A DNA stretch of 64,000 nt from an uncultured cyanobacterium (GTDB taxonomy: Bacteria > Cyanobacteriota > Cyanobacteriia > PCC-6307 > Cyanobiaceae): the NCBI GenBank assembly GCA_963765575.1, contig CAVXWZ010000002.1, forward strand, positions 32,001 to 96,000, given 5' to 3'. Shown in pieces: positions 47,899-58,901 of the stretch. The notes beneath the pieces were generated by a model that was not told where the DNA came from, ran no database searches, and saw only the letters and a program-made list of their open reading frames with translations. Both the position numbers and the translations under genes were made by a program. Positions within the stretch are counted from its first letter, which is position 1, and every line of letters starts with the position of its first letter.

Positions 47899-49416
47899 TC
47901 ATCCAAGCCAGCCCATCCATCTCAGCCGCCAGCGCCAGCCGGCCAGCAGCAGCGCCAGGGCCAGCAGGGGCCCCTCCCGCCAGCGCCCATAGGGGGTGAA
48001 CCCAGTTGCGATCGGCACGCTGAGCAGCTCCTCGGCCGGCACCCAGGCCGGCAGGCGGACCGCCACGCGGCCCGCCGGTGAGATCAGGCCGCTGGGGCCG
48101 GTGTTGGCCACACTCACCAGCCAGCGGCCGGTTTCGATCGCCCGCAGCTGGGCCAGGGCCTCAAACTGGCGCTGCAGCACCAGCGGGTAGGGATCGAGGT
48201 TGGCGCTCGCCAGCAGCCAGCCGGCGCCGTCGGCGGTGGCCCTGGCCAGGGCATGGCCATCGGCGAGCTCGTAGCAGATGGCCACGGCGAGGGCCGCGGG
48301 CTCGCGGGGCAGCAGCCGCGAGGGCGGGCCGGGCTCGATGCCGCCCACCGCTGAAAGCCCGCTCCAGCGCACCAGGCCCTGGAACGGCACCCACTCGCCG
48401 AGCAGCACCACGCGGTGCTTGTCGATCGCCTGGCTGGGCCGCCGCGATCCGGCATCAAAACGCAGCAGGGCACTGCGCTGCGCCTGGCCTGCGCCCGTGC
48501 TGCGGAAGCCGCCGGCCAGCAGCTCCACCGCCGCCGGCTCCCTGAGCAGCGGATCCAGCCCCAGGGCCCCTTCAGGCAGCACCAGCAGGTCCACCTGCCG
48601 GGCCCGGGCCTGCTCCAGGCCCCGGTCCAACTGGCGCTGCAGCCGCCGACGCGAGGCCGGGCTGAACTTCTCTCTGGTGGGGATGGCGGTCTGCAGCACC
48701 AGCACCCGCTCCCGCTCCATCCCGGAATCCGCCGCCGCGGCCGCGGCCGGCTCCAACAGCCCGGCACCGCCGCCGTGCACCAGCAGCAGCACCAGCGCCA
48801 GCCCCAGCACCCGCGCCCCCAGCCGCCGCCGCGCCCGCAGCGCCCACCACAGCCCCCAGCCGATCAGCAGCTGCAGGGCCGCCACCAGGCCCGCCCCGCC
48901 CAGGGTCGCCCAGCCCGCCAGGGCCCGATCCGCCGGCAGGGCCGATCCGCCCACCCCGATCCAGAACAACGGTCCCCGGGCCAGCAGCACCTCCATCAGC
49001 CCCCAGCCCAGGGCCAGCAGCAGCGCACTGCTCAGCCGCCCCGGCTGCAGGCGGGCGGCACACCACCCCCACAGCGCCAGCAGGCCAGCGCCCAGGGCCG
49101 AGAGCAGCAGCAGCAGCAGCCAGCAGAGCGGCAGGCTCAGGGGCGCCGGAACGCCGATCCAGTCGAGGGGGTGCAGGCCCAGCAGCCAGCGGTGGCTCAC
49201 CAGCACCGCCGCGCCTCCCCAGCAGGCCGCCGAGCGGGCTGGCGCCGCAGCCGCCACCAGCGCCCAGAGCAGCGCCAGGGCCAGCCAGAGCAGCGGCACC
49301 AACACCACCGCAGGCAGGGCCAAGCCGGCCACGGACCAGCCCGCCAGGGCGCCGCCCAGCGCGCCGAGCGCCGGGGCCAGGGGCGGTCCCGGGAGCAACG
49401 CGTCGCGGTGGTTCAT
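47899..49416 (-). CDS. lnt: apolipoprotein N-acyltransferase
   Basis: Multi-TM N-terminus; nitrilase triad LPEG, DKHRVVLLGEWVP, ICYE; QLRAIETGR, ANTGPS. Confidence 0.9.
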   Translation of the reverse strand: MNHRDALLPGPPLAPALGALGGALAGWSVAGLALPAVVLVPLLWLALALLWALVAAAAPARSAACWGGAAVLVSHRWLLGLHPLDWIGVPAPLSLPLCWLLLLLLSALGAGLLALWGWCAARLQPGRLSSALLLALGWGLMEVLLARGPLFWIGVGGSALPADRALAGWATLGGAGLVAALQLLIGWGLWWALRARRRLGARVLGLALVLLLVHGGGAGLLEPAAAAAADSGMERERVLVLQTAIPTREKFSPASRRRLQRQLDRGLEQARARQVDLLVLPEGALGLDPLLREPAAVELLAGGFRSTGAGQAQRSALLRFDAGSRRPSQAIDKHRVVLLGEWVPFQGLVRWSGLSAVGGIEPGPPSRLLPREPAALAVAICYELADGHALARATADGAGWLLASANLDPYPLVLQRQFEALAQLRAIETGRWLVSVANTGPSGLISPAGRVAVRLPAWVPAEELLSVPIATGFTPYGRWREGPLLALALLLAGWRWRLRWMGWLG

Positions 49417-49470
49417 GGCCAGTGAGGGTAGGAAGCGCCATGGTTGGCTTGCTTCAGCTCGCTGCTCGCC

Positions 49471-49824
49471 ATGGATCCGAACAACCCCCTGCAACAACTG
49501 CTGCTCCGGGGCCTGGGCACCACCTCCCTGCTGGCCGACCGGCTGCGCTACGTGAGCCAGGAGTGGGTGCGCAGCGGCAAGCTCGATCCCAGCCACGCCC
49601 CCGCCCTGGTCGAAGACGTGCTCAAGGCCCTGCGCGGCAACACGCCGGGCCTTGAGCAGCAGGCCGAGCGGCAGCTGGAGCGCAACCGCGACCAGTTGCT
49701 GCAAGACCTGGGCGTTCCCCTGCAGCGGGAACTCGATGAGCTGCGCGGCCGCATCGATCGGCTGGAGCAGACCCAGCGCCAGCGCGGTCAGGGCGAGTCC
49801 GGCGGCGACGGCGGCGCCAGGTGA
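49471..49824 (+). CDS. phasin-like coiled-coil conserved protein
   Basis: LLLRGLG N-terminus and ELDELRGRIDRLE C-terminus. Confidence 0.7.
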   Translation: MDPNNPLQQLLLRGLGTTSLLADRLRYVSQEWVRSGKLDPSHAPALVEDVLKALRGNTPGLEQQAERQLERNRDQLLQDLGVPLQRELDELRGRIDRLEQTQRQRGQGESGGDGGAR

Positions 49825-49853
49825 GTCACAATCGGGCCAATTCGGTGCCGGTC

Positions 49854-50527
49854 ATGCGCGACATTCTCATCAGTTCCTCGGTCTGCGTCGCCTGCCTGCT
49901 GCTGGCCCTGATCAGCCAGCTGGTGAGCCCCACCCCCGTGGCTGCCGCGGGCGACTCCCCAGCTGCGGGCGGGCCTGCGGCGGGCCTGCCTGCGGCCAGC
50001 GTGGCCATGGCCCGCCCCGCCGCCCCGGCGGCAAGCGCCGATCGGGCGGCTTTCGAACTCGATCCCGAAGATCCCAACCCCACCCTCTTCACCATGGCCC
50101 CTGACTCCTCCGAGCCCCCGACCCCTCCGAGCCCTCCCAGCAGATTGCCCAGGCCAGTGCCCTCGGCGGCGAACTGGTCGCCCCCAAGGAGCGCGTCAGC
50201 GACAGCGGCCTGCGCATCACCGACATGGTGGTGGGTGACGGCCCCGAAGCCGCCGCCGGCCAGACCGTGGTGGTGAATTACCGCGGCACCCTGGAAAACG
50301 GCAAGGAATTCGACAGCAGCTACGGCCGCGGCCCCTTCTCCTTCCCCCTCGGCGGCGGCCGCGTGATCAAGGGCTGGGATGAGGGCGTGGCCGGCATGCA
50401 GGTGGGTGGCAAGCGCAAGCTGGTGATCCCCCCCGATCTGGCCTATGGCCAGCGCGGTGCCGGTGGTGTGATTCCCCCCAACGCCACCCTCACCTTCGAG
50501 GTGGAGCTGCTGGAGATCCGCAGCTGA
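49854..50527 (+). CDS. FKBP-type peptidyl-prolyl isomerase; frameshift at the C5 run 50115-50119
   Basis: Signal/TM segment and [13 protein letters not shown] in the first frame; [35 protein letters not shown] in the second. Confidence 0.9.
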
Positions 50528-50617
50528 GGGCCGCCCCAGGCGATCCGGACACGGTCGTTAGGATGGCAGTGCCGTTCGGCACAGCCGACGGCAACATCCA
50601 GCAATACACCGTGTTTC

Positions 50618-51217
50618 ATGGCTCACACGCTCCCCGCCCTGCCCTACAACCTCGACGCGCTGGAGCCGCATATCTCCCGCCAGACCCTGGAGTTCCACCA
50701 CGGCAAGCACCACAACGCCTACGTCACCAACCTGAACAAGCTGGTTGCGGGAACTGACCTCGAGGGCAAGAGCCTGGCCGACACCGTCACCGCCGTGGCC
50801 GGTGACAGCAGCAAGGCCGGCGTGTTCAACAACGCCGCCCAGGTCTGGAACCACAGCTTCTACTGGCAGTGCATGAAGCCCGGCGGTGGCGGCCAGCCCA
50901 CGGGCGCCCTGGCCGACAAGATCAATGCCGATTTCGGCAGCTTCGAGGCCTTCGTGGAGCAGTTCAAGGCGGCCGGCGCCACCCAGTTCGGCAGCGGCTG
51001 GGCCTGGCTGGTGCTTGATGGCGGCAGCCTCAAGATCACCAAGACCGCCAACGCCGACCTGCCCCTGGCCCACGGCCAGACGGCCCTGCTCACCATGGAC
51101 GTGTGGGAGCACGCCTACTACATCGACTACCAGAACCGCCGCCCCGATTACATCACCACCTACCTCGAGAAGCTGGTGAACTGGGACTTCGTGGCCGCCA
51201 ACCTGGCCGCCGCCTGA
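50618..51217 (+). CDS. sodB: Fe superoxide dismutase
   Basis: HHGKHH, FNNAAQVWNHSFYW (Fe-type AAQ), QFGSGWAWL, DVWEHAYY. Confidence 0.96.
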   Translation: MAHTLPALPYNLDALEPHISRQTLEFHHGKHHNAYVTNLNKLVAGTDLEGKSLADTVTAVAGDSSKAGVFNNAAQVWNHSFYWQCMKPGGGGQPTGALADKINADFGSFEAFVEQFKAAGATQFGSGWAWLVLDGGSLKITKTANADLPLAHGQTALLTMDVWEHAYYIDYQNRRPDYITTYLEKLVNWDFVAANLAAA

Positions 51218-51239
51218 AGCCCCGGTTCCACCCGGCCCT

Positions 51240-51267
51240 GGCCCCTGGTTCAACCGGGGGCCTTTTT
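51240..51267 (+). terminator. intrinsic terminator after sodB
   Basis: GGCCCCTGGT-TCA-ACCGGGGGCC stem followed by TTTTT; between the convergent sodB and queA genes. Confidence 0.8.
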
Positions 51268-52394
51268 CATGGCTGGGGCCTGATCTCCTCCAGCACCGCC
51301 TCTGGGGCGATCCACATGGCATCGCCATAGGAAAAAAACCGGTACTGGCGTTCGATCGCCTCGGCGTAGAGGGCCAACAGGCGCTCGCGGCCCACCAGGG
51401 CTGCCACCAGCAGCAGCAGGGAACTTCTGGGCAGGTGGAAGTTGGTGAGCAGGCCCTGCACCACCGCGAAGCGGTAGCCCGGCTGGATCACCAGGTTCAC
51501 CGGGCCCGTGTGCGGCGCCAGTTGACCGCCGTTCAGCTGGGCCACCGCCTCCAGGCTGCGCACGCTGGTGGTGCCGATGGCGATCACCCGGCCGCCCCGC
51601 GCGCGGCAGGCGGCCACCGCCGCCACCAGCTGGGGGCTCACCTCCACCCACTCGCTGTGCAGCTGCAACTGGCTGAGGTCTTCGCTCTCCACCGGCCGGA
51701 AGGTGCCCAGGCCCACATGCAGGGTGGTGGTGGCCAGCTCCACGCCGCGCTCGCCGAGCGCCGCCAGCAGCTCATCGCTGAGGTGCAGGCCGGCGGTGGG
51801 TGCGGCCACGGCGCCGGGGCGGGCGGCGTAGCGGGTCTGGTAGCGGTCGTTGTCGGCCGGGTCGTGCGTGTGGATGTACGGCGGCAGGGGAATGGCGCCG
51901 TAGCTCACCAGCAACGGCTCAAGGGTCGCCGCATCGCCGCACTCACGCGGAAACTGCACGATCCGGCCGCCGCTCTCGGGGTCGCTGCCCAGCACCTGCA
52001 CGCTCAGCGCTGGCTGCCCCTCGGCCACCAGCTCGATCCAGTCGCCGGGCCTGAGCTTCTTGGCCGGTTTCGCCAGGCACAGCCATTGACCCGCCTGCGA
52101 CTGCCAGGGCTCCAGCACCAGCAGCTCCACGGCCCCACCACTGGACCGGCGCCCCTGGAGCCGGGCCCGCAGCACCCGCGTGTCGTTCACCACCAGCAGG
52201 TCGCCAGGCCTGAGCTCGTGCTGCAGGTCCCACACCGTCAGGTGGCGGGCCTGGGGGGCCGGACCCACGCCCACGGCATCCACCGCCAGCAGCCGGGCGG
52301 CGTGGCGGGGCTCCAGCGGCCGCTGGGCGATGCGCTGCTCGGGCAGCTCGAAGCTGTAACTGGACAGCCGCAGATCGGCTGGATCAGAGCGCAA
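51267..52394 (-). CDS. queA: S-adenosylmethionine:tRNA ribosyltransferase-isomerase
   Basis: [52 protein letters not shown]. Confidence 0.97.
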   Translation of the reverse strand: MRSDPADLRLSSYSFELPEQRIAQRPLEPRHAARLLAVDAVGVGPAPQARHLTVWDLQHELRPGDLLVVNDTRVLRARLQGRRSSGGAVELLVLEPWQSQAGQWLCLAKPAKKLRPGDWIELVAEGQPALSVQVLGSDPESGGRIVQFPRECGDAATLEPLLVSYGAIPLPPYIHTHDPADNDRYQTRYAARPGAVAAPTAGLHLSDELLAALGERGVELATTTLHVGLGTFRPVESEDLSQLQLHSEWVEVSPQLVAAVAACRARGGRVIAIGTTSVRSLEAVAQLNGGQLAPHTGPVNLVIQPGYRFAVVQGLLTNFHLPRSSLLLLVAALVGRERLLALYAEAIERQYRFFSYGDAMWIAPEAVLEEIRPQP

Positions 52395-53781
52395 GGCTGT
52401 CCGGATTGGTCTCGATCAACTCGGCCAGGTCCTTGAGGAAGGCGGCGGCGTGGGTTCCGTAGATCGTGCGGTGGTCGCAGGTGAGGTTCACCTGCATCTG
52501 GCGGGCCACACGGATCGAGCCGTCCTTCGCGGCCACCACCGTGGGCAGCGAAGCCGCCACCGCCAGGATGGCGCCGGTGCCCGGGGGCAGGATCGCATCA
52601 AAGCGGTCGACGCCGTACATGCCCAGGTTGGAGAGGGTGAAGGTGCCGCTGCTGTACTCCTGCGGCTGCAGTTGCTTGCTGCGGGCCCGGGCCACCAGGT
52701 CGGCCCAGGAGCGCGCCAGCGAATAGATGTCGGTGCGGTCGGCGTCGGCCAGCACGGGCGTGATCAGGCCGCCGTCCTCCATCGCCACCGCCACCGCCAC
52801 GTTCACCGCCGCCGGATAGGCCATGGCGCTGCCGTCGGCATGGGTGGCGGCATTCACCTGGGGATGGCGGGCCAGGGTCACGGCCACGGCCTTGGCCAGC
52901 AGGGCCGTCATGGTGACACCCTTGCCCTTCACCTGCTTGTAGAGCGCGTCGAGTTTGGTGGTGGTGATCGCATAGCCCACCCGGAAGCAGGGCACCTCCA
53001 GGCTCGCCAGCATGTTGCGGTTGACCGCGTTCTGCAGGGTGTTGAACGTCACCGCCTCCCCGGGCCGGCCGAAGCTCTGACCACTGGCCGCGGGGGCAGC
53101 AGGCGACCCGCCGTTGCCGCCGCCGGCGGCGGCGGCCAGCGCTGGGCCGCTGCCCTCCGCCACCCGGGGCACGCTGACCGGCTGGCCGGTGGCGGCCAGC
53201 ACGTCGTCGGCCTGGATGCGGCCGTGGGGGCCGCTGCCGGTGAGGGCACTGAGATCCACCCCCAGCTGGCCGGCCAGCTTCCTGGCCCGCGGCGAGACCA
53301 CCACCCGGCCGCTGGCCGTGGAGGCGGGAGCCACCAAGGGCGCCGCAGTGGCGACCGGGACCGGCGCCGGAGCAGCCGGCGCAGGAGCAGCAGGACGTGG
53401 CGGCGCCACCGCAGGACTTGGTGGGGCAGCCACGGGCTGGGCCGCGGGCGCTGGTGGAGCCGGGGCAGGGGCCGCAGCTGGAACCGCCGCTGCTGCCGGA
53501 GCGGCGGGAGCGTTGGCGGCGGCCGCGGCGATGTCCGCCTCGGTTTCCACGATCAGACCGATCGTCTCCCCCACCGGCGCCGTGCCGCCGGCAGGCATCA
53601 GCACGGCGGCCAGGAAGCCCTCCTGGAAGGCCTCCACGTCCATGTCGGCCTTGTCACTCTCCACGACCAGCACCGATTCGCCGCGCTCAACACGGTCGCC
53701 GGGCTGCTTGAGCCACTCCACGATCTTCCCCTCCGTCATCGTCGAGGAGAGGGCGGGCATGAAGATTTCGTGGGTGGCCAA
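52384..53781 (-). CDS. pdhC: pyruvate dehydrogenase E2 dihydrolipoamide acetyltransferase
   Basis: Lipoyl ESDKADMDV, Ala/Pro linker, [22 protein letters not shown]. Confidence 0.96.
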   Translation of the reverse strand: MATHEIFMPALSSTMTEGKIVEWLKQPGDRVERGESVLVVESDKADMDVEAFQEGFLAAVLMPAGGTAPVGETIGLIVETEADIAAAAANAPAAPAAAAVPAAAPAPAPPAPAAQPVAAPPSPAVAPPRPAAPAPAAPAPVPVATAAPLVAPASTASGRVVVSPRARKLAGQLGVDLSALTGSGPHGRIQADDVLAATGQPVSVPRVAEGSGPALAAAAGGGNGGSPAAPAASGQSFGRPGEAVTFNTLQNAVNRNMLASLEVPCFRVGYAITTTKLDALYKQVKGKGVTMTALLAKAVAVTLARHPQVNAATHADGSAMAYPAAVNVAVAVAMEDGGLITPVLADADRTDIYSLARSWADLVARARSKQLQPQEYSSGTFTLSNLGMYGVDRFDAILPPGTGAILAVAASLPTVVAAKDGSIRVARQMQVNLTCDHRTIYGTHAAAFLKDLAELIETNPDSLAL

Positions 53782-53830
53782 CTCGATGCGCCGCGGTGTC
53801 GGACGGGATTTTACGAGGCCTGCCGCCAGC

Positions 53831-54274
53831 TCAGACAGCGCCCTCGATCGCCTCGATCACGCCATCGCGCACCAGCACGGCCGCCTGCAGCTTCTCCACC
53901 AGGTTGTCGCCCACGCCCACGGCCACCACACTCTCCAGCTGTCCCTGCTCCACCACCTGCTCCATCTCCAGCTCGCGCACCTGGCGCTGCTGCTCGATGA
54001 TCTGGCGCTTCTGCTCCTCCAGCTCGGCCCGCTTGCTCGTCACCTGCTGCTGCACCGAGCCCACCTGCTCCTGCACCCGGGGGTCGAGGGGGTTGAGGCT
54101 CTGGCGCCGGATTTCAGCCACCAGCTGCTGGCCCTCCTGCTCCAGCTGGGCCAGCTGGCCATCGCTGTTGGCCAGGGCATTGGAGAGCTCGCGCTCGGCG
54201 TCCTCCTTCCAGCGGGGGGTGACCACGGCCCGCACGGTGATCGAGCGCTTGATCGTGATCGTGCCGTCAGCCAT
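53831..54274 (-). CDS. YlqD family protein
   Basis: ITIKRSITVRAVVTPRWKE, coiled coil, VGDNLVEKL..VRDG. Confidence 0.85.
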   Translation of the reverse strand: MADGTITIKRSITVRAVVTPRWKEDAERELSNALANSDGQLAQLEQEGQQLVAEIRRQSLNPLDPRVQEQVGSVQQQVTSKRAELEEQKRQIIEQQRQVRELEMEQVVEQGQLESVVAVGVGDNLVEKLQAAVLVRDGVIEAIEGAV

Positions 54275-54376
54275 GAACTCACTTCTGCAGCGCTCAGGCT
54301 GTCAGTGGGGCCAGCTGCGGTCAACCACCACGGCCGGGGCACGGCACTGGCAGGGTGAGGGCAGCCGCCGCGGCCC

Positions 54377-55614
54377 GTGGACACGCTCAGCCCTGCCGAT
54401 CTGCTCGCCGACCTGCGCCCCCGGCTGCGCGATCCGGCCGGCCTGCTGGTGGTGCAGGACCTCGACGGGGTGTGCATGGACCTGGTGCTCGATCCGCTCA
54501 CCCGCCGGCTCGAGCACACCTACGTGCAGCAGGCCCGCCAGCTGGACGGACGCTTCTGCGTGCTCACCAATGGCGAACACGAGGGCCGGCGCGGCGTCAA
54601 CCGGCTGGTGGAGACGGCCCTCGGCGACAGCCACGATCCAGCCGGCCAGGGGCTGTACCTGCCCGGCCTGGCCGCCGGCGGGGTGCAGCTGCAGAACCGC
54701 CACGGCGAGGTGGCCACCCCCGGGGTGAGCGCCGAGGAGCTGGCCTTTCTGGCAGCGTTGCCGGCGCGCATGGCCGAGGCGCTGCGGGCCTGGTTGCCCG
54801 GCTTGCTGCCACGCCTGGGCGAGCCCGAGCTGGAGGAGCAGATCGATCGGGCCGTGCTCGACAACCCCCTCTCCCCCACGGTCAACCTCAACGGGCTGTT
54901 CCAGCTCAGCGCCGCCAGCGAGCGACCGGTGGCCCTGGCGCGACAGCTGCAGCAGGGGTTGCTGGAGCTGATGCAAAACCTGCTGACCCAGGCCGAGGCC
55001 CGGGGACTGGCCGGCAGCTTCTTCCTGCACCTCGCCCCCAACGTGCTCGACGCCGAGGGCCATGAGCAGCCGGTGTGGGCCTCCGAGGCCGGCATCGGCA
55101 CCACCGATGTGCAGTTCATGCTGCGGGGCGCCATCAAGGAGGCGGGCCTGCTGGTGCTGATCAACCGCCACATCGCCCGCCACCACGGCGTCCACCCCCT
55201 GGGGGAGGCCTTCAACGTGCGCTCCGCTCCCCGCAACCTGCAGGATCTGCTGGCCCTGGCGAGCGAGCGCATCCCGCCGGCGCTGATGCCCCTGCTGGTG
55301 GGGGTGGGCGACACGATCACCTCCAGCGCCGGGCCCTCGCCGGAGAGCTGGCGGCGGGGGGGAGCGATCGTGGCTTCCTCACCCTGCTGCAGGAGCTGGG
55401 GCAGCGCTTCGATCGCCCCAACCGGGTGCTGCTGGTGGACAGCAGCGGCGGTGAGGTGAGCCGGCCCTCGATGGCCGACGGCAGCCTGCGGGGACTCACC
55501 GACCCGGCCGATCCCCTGCGCCTCGACGCCCTGTTCCCCGGCGGGCCAGCCCAGTACCGGACCTTCTTTGCGGAGCTGGCCGCGGCCGCGGGGGAGCGGC
55601 GGGCCCGGCCCTAA
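54377..55614 (+). CDS. stpA: glucosylglycerol-phosphate phosphatase; frameshift in the G7 run 55356-55362
   Basis: VQDLDGVCM, LTNGEHEG, YLPGLAAGG, GTTDVQF, VGVGDT; GGSDRGFL and VDSSGGEV continue in the other frame. Confidence 0.88.
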
Positions 55615-55624
55615 TCCGGGCGAT

Positions 55625-57535
55625 TCAGCGGTAGAGGGCCTCGATGGCCGCGGCGTCGCGGGCGGCGATGCGCTCCCGGCGCTGCTTCAGGGTCTGGGTG
55701 AGCAGGCCGTTCTCCTGGCTGAAGGGCTCCACCAGCGCCACCGCCCCCAGGCGCTCGTCCGGGCGGGCGCCGGGCCGGGCCGCCAGCAGGCGGTTGCACT
55801 CGCGGGCCAGGGCGCGCAGCAGGGGCAGGCCGGCCTGGCTGGCGAAGGCCTCCAGGGGCTCGCGGCGGGGCACCACCAGGGCGCCGAGTTGCTTGCGGTC
55901 CTGGCCCACCAGCATCACCTGCTCGATCAGCGGACTGGCGACCAGCGCGTCCTCCAGGGGACCGGGCTCAATGTTCTCGCCACTGCTGAGCACGATCGTG
56001 TCCTTGGCCCGGCCGGTGAGCACCAGGCAGCCATCGGGCAACAGCCGGCCGAGGTCGCCGGTGTCGAACCAGCCCTCGCCATCGAGCACCCGGGCCGTGG
56101 CCTCGGGCTTGCCCCAGTAGCCCGCCATCACCTGGGGGCCGCGGGCCAGCACCAGGCCCCGCTCGCCGATGCTCAGGGGCCGGCGCTGTTCGGGATCGAC
56201 GATGCGGATGGTGGTGCCCGGCAGCGGCTGGCCGGCGCTGCCGCGGCGGTTGGCCCAGGGGCGGCGGCAGCTCAGCACCGGACTGGTTTCGGTGAGGCCG
56301 TAGCCCACCAGCAGCTCGATGCCGATCGCCTCGAAGAAGCTGTCCACGTGCAGGGCCAGGGCGCCACCACCGCTGATCGCCGTGCGCAGGCGCCCGCCCA
56401 CCAGCTGGCCGCGCACCTTCGGCCACAGCAGCGCGGCCGCCAGACGATGCAGCGGCCAGCGCAGGGCAGCCTCCACGGCCGCCGCCAGGCGGCTGGCGGG
56501 GGCCTCGGGCAGCAGGGTGAGGTCGAGGCACTGGCGACGGGCCCCGCCGTAGGCCCGGCTGTTGGCCAGGGCCCGGCGGATCAACCCCTGGCGAGCCGGC
56601 GGCATGGCGGCCAGGGCGTCCTCGAAGCCCGAGAGCAGCGCCTCCCACAGCCGCGGCACGCTGATCAGATAGTGGGGCCGCACCCGCTGCAGATCGCCCC
56701 GCAGCTGCTTGAGGGTGGTGTAGGTCTGGTGGCAACCGGCCGAGAGCAGGAAGTATTCGGCGCTGCGCTCATAGGAGTGCCAGATCGGCAGCACGCTCAC
56801 CACCCGATCTCCGGGGCGGGGCGCCACGGCCACGCCGAAGTGACGCAGCTGGTGCAGCAGGTTGGCGTGGCTGAGGGGGACGCCCTTGGGGCGGCCGGTG
56901 GTGCCGGAGGTGTAGAGGATCGTCGCCAGCCGTGCCGGATCCGCCGCTGGCGCTGCCGCCGCCCGGCCCTCGGACAGGGCCGCCGCCCCCCGCTCCAGCA
57001 AGCCGCTCCAGCACAGACAGCAGCCGGCCCCGGGCTCCGCCGGCGGCTCCCCCTCCAGCACCACCACCATGCGCAGGGCCGCCAGCCGTTCAGCGGACAG
57101 GTCAAGCCGCTCGAGCAGCGCCGCTGACTCCACCACCAGGCCCACGGCAGCGGAGTCATCCAGGATGTAGCGCAGCTCCTCCACCGGCGCGGTGCTGCCC
57201 CGCACCGCGTCGCCGGCCCCGGCGCGCATCAGGCCCTGGTCGCTGATCAGCCAGCGGGGGCCGTTCTCGGCAAACAGTGCCACCACATCGCCCGGTCCCA
57301 CCCCCAGGTCCGCGAAGGCCGCCGCCACCTGCTCGATCCGCTGCTGCAGCTGCCGGTAGCTGAACTGCTCCGGCGGGTGGGCGTGGGGGGCATCGAGGGC
57401 CGGGGCGTCGCCGTGCAGCCGCGCCAGCTCCGGCCACAGCTGCTCCAGCCCCGTGAGGGCGCTCCAGTCGTGACGCTCGGCCAGGGCCTGGCTATCGCGG
57501 CGACTGGCCGTCCAGCGAACTTCGGCGACGGCCAT
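55625..57535 (-). CDS. aas: long-chain acyl-ACP/CoA synthetase (AMP-binding)
   Basis: YTSGTTGRPKG, GYGLTETSP, FDTGDLG, GRAKDTIVLSSGENIEP. Confidence 0.9.
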   Translation of the reverse strand: MAVAEVRWTASRRDSQALAERHDWSALTGLEQLWPELARLHGDAPALDAPHAHPPEQFSYRQLQQRIEQVAAAFADLGVGPGDVVALFAENGPRWLISDQGLMRAGAGDAVRGSTAPVEELRYILDDSAAVGLVVESAALLERLDLSAERLAALRMVVVLEGEPPAEPGAGCCLCWSGLLERGAAALSEGRAAAAPAADPARLATILYTSGTTGRPKGVPLSHANLLHQLRHFGVAVAPRPGDRVVSVLPIWHSYERSAEYFLLSAGCHQTYTTLKQLRGDLQRVRPHYLISVPRLWEALLSGFEDALAAMPPARQGLIRRALANSRAYGGARRQCLDLTLLPEAPASRLAAAVEAALRWPLHRLAAALLWPKVRGQLVGGRLRTAISGGGALALHVDSFFEAIGIELLVGYGLTETSPVLSCRRPWANRRGSAGQPLPGTTIRIVDPEQRRPLSIGERGLVLARGPQVMAGYWGKPEATARVLDGEGWFDTGDLGRLLPDGCLVLTGRAKDTIVLSSGENIEPGPLEDALVASPLIEQVMLVGQDRKQLGALVVPRREPLEAFASQAGLPLLRALARECNRLLAARPGARPDERLGAVALVEPFSQENGLLTQTLKQRRERIAARDAAAIEALYR

Positions 57536-57565
57536 GGGACCCGGGCTCACGATCAAACCCAACGG

Positions 57566-58246
57566 TTACCACCCCTCCAGGGCTTCCCGGGGCGCCGGGG
57601 GCCGCAAGTGCAGTTGGAAGCTGCGGGCGAAGCTGGCCAGCAGGGGCTGGCGCAGGGCCGCCGCCGAGAGGTCGGGCCGCCACTGCGCCAGCCGCCCCAC
57701 CGGCTGGTCGGCGATGCCGCAGGGCACGATCGCCGCGAATCCCTCCAGGCTGCAATCCACGTTGAGGGCCAGCCCGTGCTGGCTGATCCAGCGGCGGGCG
57801 CCCACACCGATCGCCGCCAGCTTGCGCCCCTCCAGCCACACACCGGTGCGGCCCTCCTGGCGGCCGGCCGCCAGGCCGAGGGGGGCCAGCAGGTCGATCA
57901 CCACCTGCTCGAGCTGACGCAGGTAGCGGTGCAGGTCGCCGCCGTGGCGCTGCAGGTTGAGCACGGGGTAGAGCACCAGCTGGCCGGGCAGGTGATGGGT
58001 CACCTCCCCGCCCCGATCAATCCGGAAGAGGGGCAGCGGCGGGGCGGCCGGATCGAAGCCCAGGTGGGCCGTGCTGGCGCCACGGCCGAGGGTGTAGCAG
58101 GGCTCGTGCTCCAGCAGCAGCACGGCCTCGGGTGCGGCCGGATCGCGCAGCAGCCGCTGTTGCAGCTGGCGCTGGGCGCTCCAGGCCAGCGGGAAGGGCA
58201 CCGGCCTGGGGGCTTCAAAAAGGATTGCGTCGAGCGGGGGGGGCAT
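57566..58246 (-). CDS. lipB: lipoyl(octanoyl) transferase
   Basis: [44 protein letters not shown]. Confidence 0.96.
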   Translation of the reverse strand: MPPPLDAILFEAPRPVPFPLAWSAQRQLQQRLLRDPAAPEAVLLLEHEPCYTLGRGASTAHLGFDPAAPPLPLFRIDRGGEVTHHLPGQLVLYPVLNLQRHGGDLHRYLRQLEQVVIDLLAPLGLAAGRQEGRTGVWLEGRKLAAIGVGARRWISQHGLALNVDCSLEGFAAIVPCGIADQPVGRLAQWRPDLSAAALRQPLLASFARSFQLHLRPPAPREALEGW

Positions 58247-58303
58247 GGGCAGGGGGGCTTCCTACCGTTGGGGTGTGAGAACACCGGAGGCGGCTGCCAT
58301 CTG

Positions 58304-58891
58304 ATGAAACTTTTGATCCATGGCCGCAATCTTGAAGTCACCCCGGCGATCCGGGATTACACCGAAACCAAGCTCGCCCGGGCGATCAGCCACTGCGAGG
58401 ACATGGTGAAGGAGGCCGACGTGCACCTGTCCGTGGCCCGCAACCCCAGGGTGCCCCAGCAGATCGCCGAGGTCACGATGTTTGCCAACGGCACCGTGAT
58501 CCGCGCCCAGGAGCGCAGCGACAACCTCTACGCCAGCATCGATCTGGTGGCGAGCAAGCTCACCCGCCAGCTGGACCGCTACAAAAAGCGCCTGCAGGAG
58601 CGCCATCAGGGGCCGGTGCACCGCTCGGCCCGTGATGAGGAGGCCGGCGCCGCCAGCCTGCCGCCGCCTGGCTCCAGCCTCACTGACGGCAAGGAGCCGG
58701 AGCTGCCCAACCGTGGCGTGCGCCGCAAGTATTTCGACATGCCGGCGATGACCCTCGACGATGCCATGCACCAGCTGGAATTGATCGACCACGACTTCTA
58801 CCTGTTCCGCGAGGCCGATTCGGGCCAGCTCCAGGTGGTGTATCACCGCAACCACGGCGGTTTCGGGGTGATCCAGGCCAAGGAGGCCTGA
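58304..58891 (+). CDS. hpf: ribosome hibernation factor HPF/LrtA (long form)
   Basis: MKLLIHGRNLEVT, NLYASIDLV, RRKYF, HDFYLF, VYHRNHGGFG; GGAGG at 58286-58290. Confidence 0.95.
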   Translation: MKLLIHGRNLEVTPAIRDYTETKLARAISHCEDMVKEADVHLSVARNPRVPQQIAEVTMFANGTVIRAQERSDNLYASIDLVASKLTRQLDRYKKRLQERHQGPVHRSARDEEAGAASLPPPGSSLTDGKEPELPNRGVRRKYFDMPAMTLDDAMHQLELIDHDFYLFREADSGQLQVVYHRNHGGFGVIQAKEA

Positions 58892-58901
58892 TGCAGAGCG
58901 C

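Noticed and set aside
47673..47992. Short ORFs 47673-47906 (-) and 47777-47992 (+)
   Set aside because: No coding-like codon bias or recognisable motif, and they overlap the hairpins and the lnt 3' end
58272..58285. GGTGT-GAGA-ACACC mini-hairpin in the hpf/lrtA leader
   Set aside because: Only 5 bp, and a possible -10 (TACCGT, 58263-58268) would start transcription inside it; too weak to call
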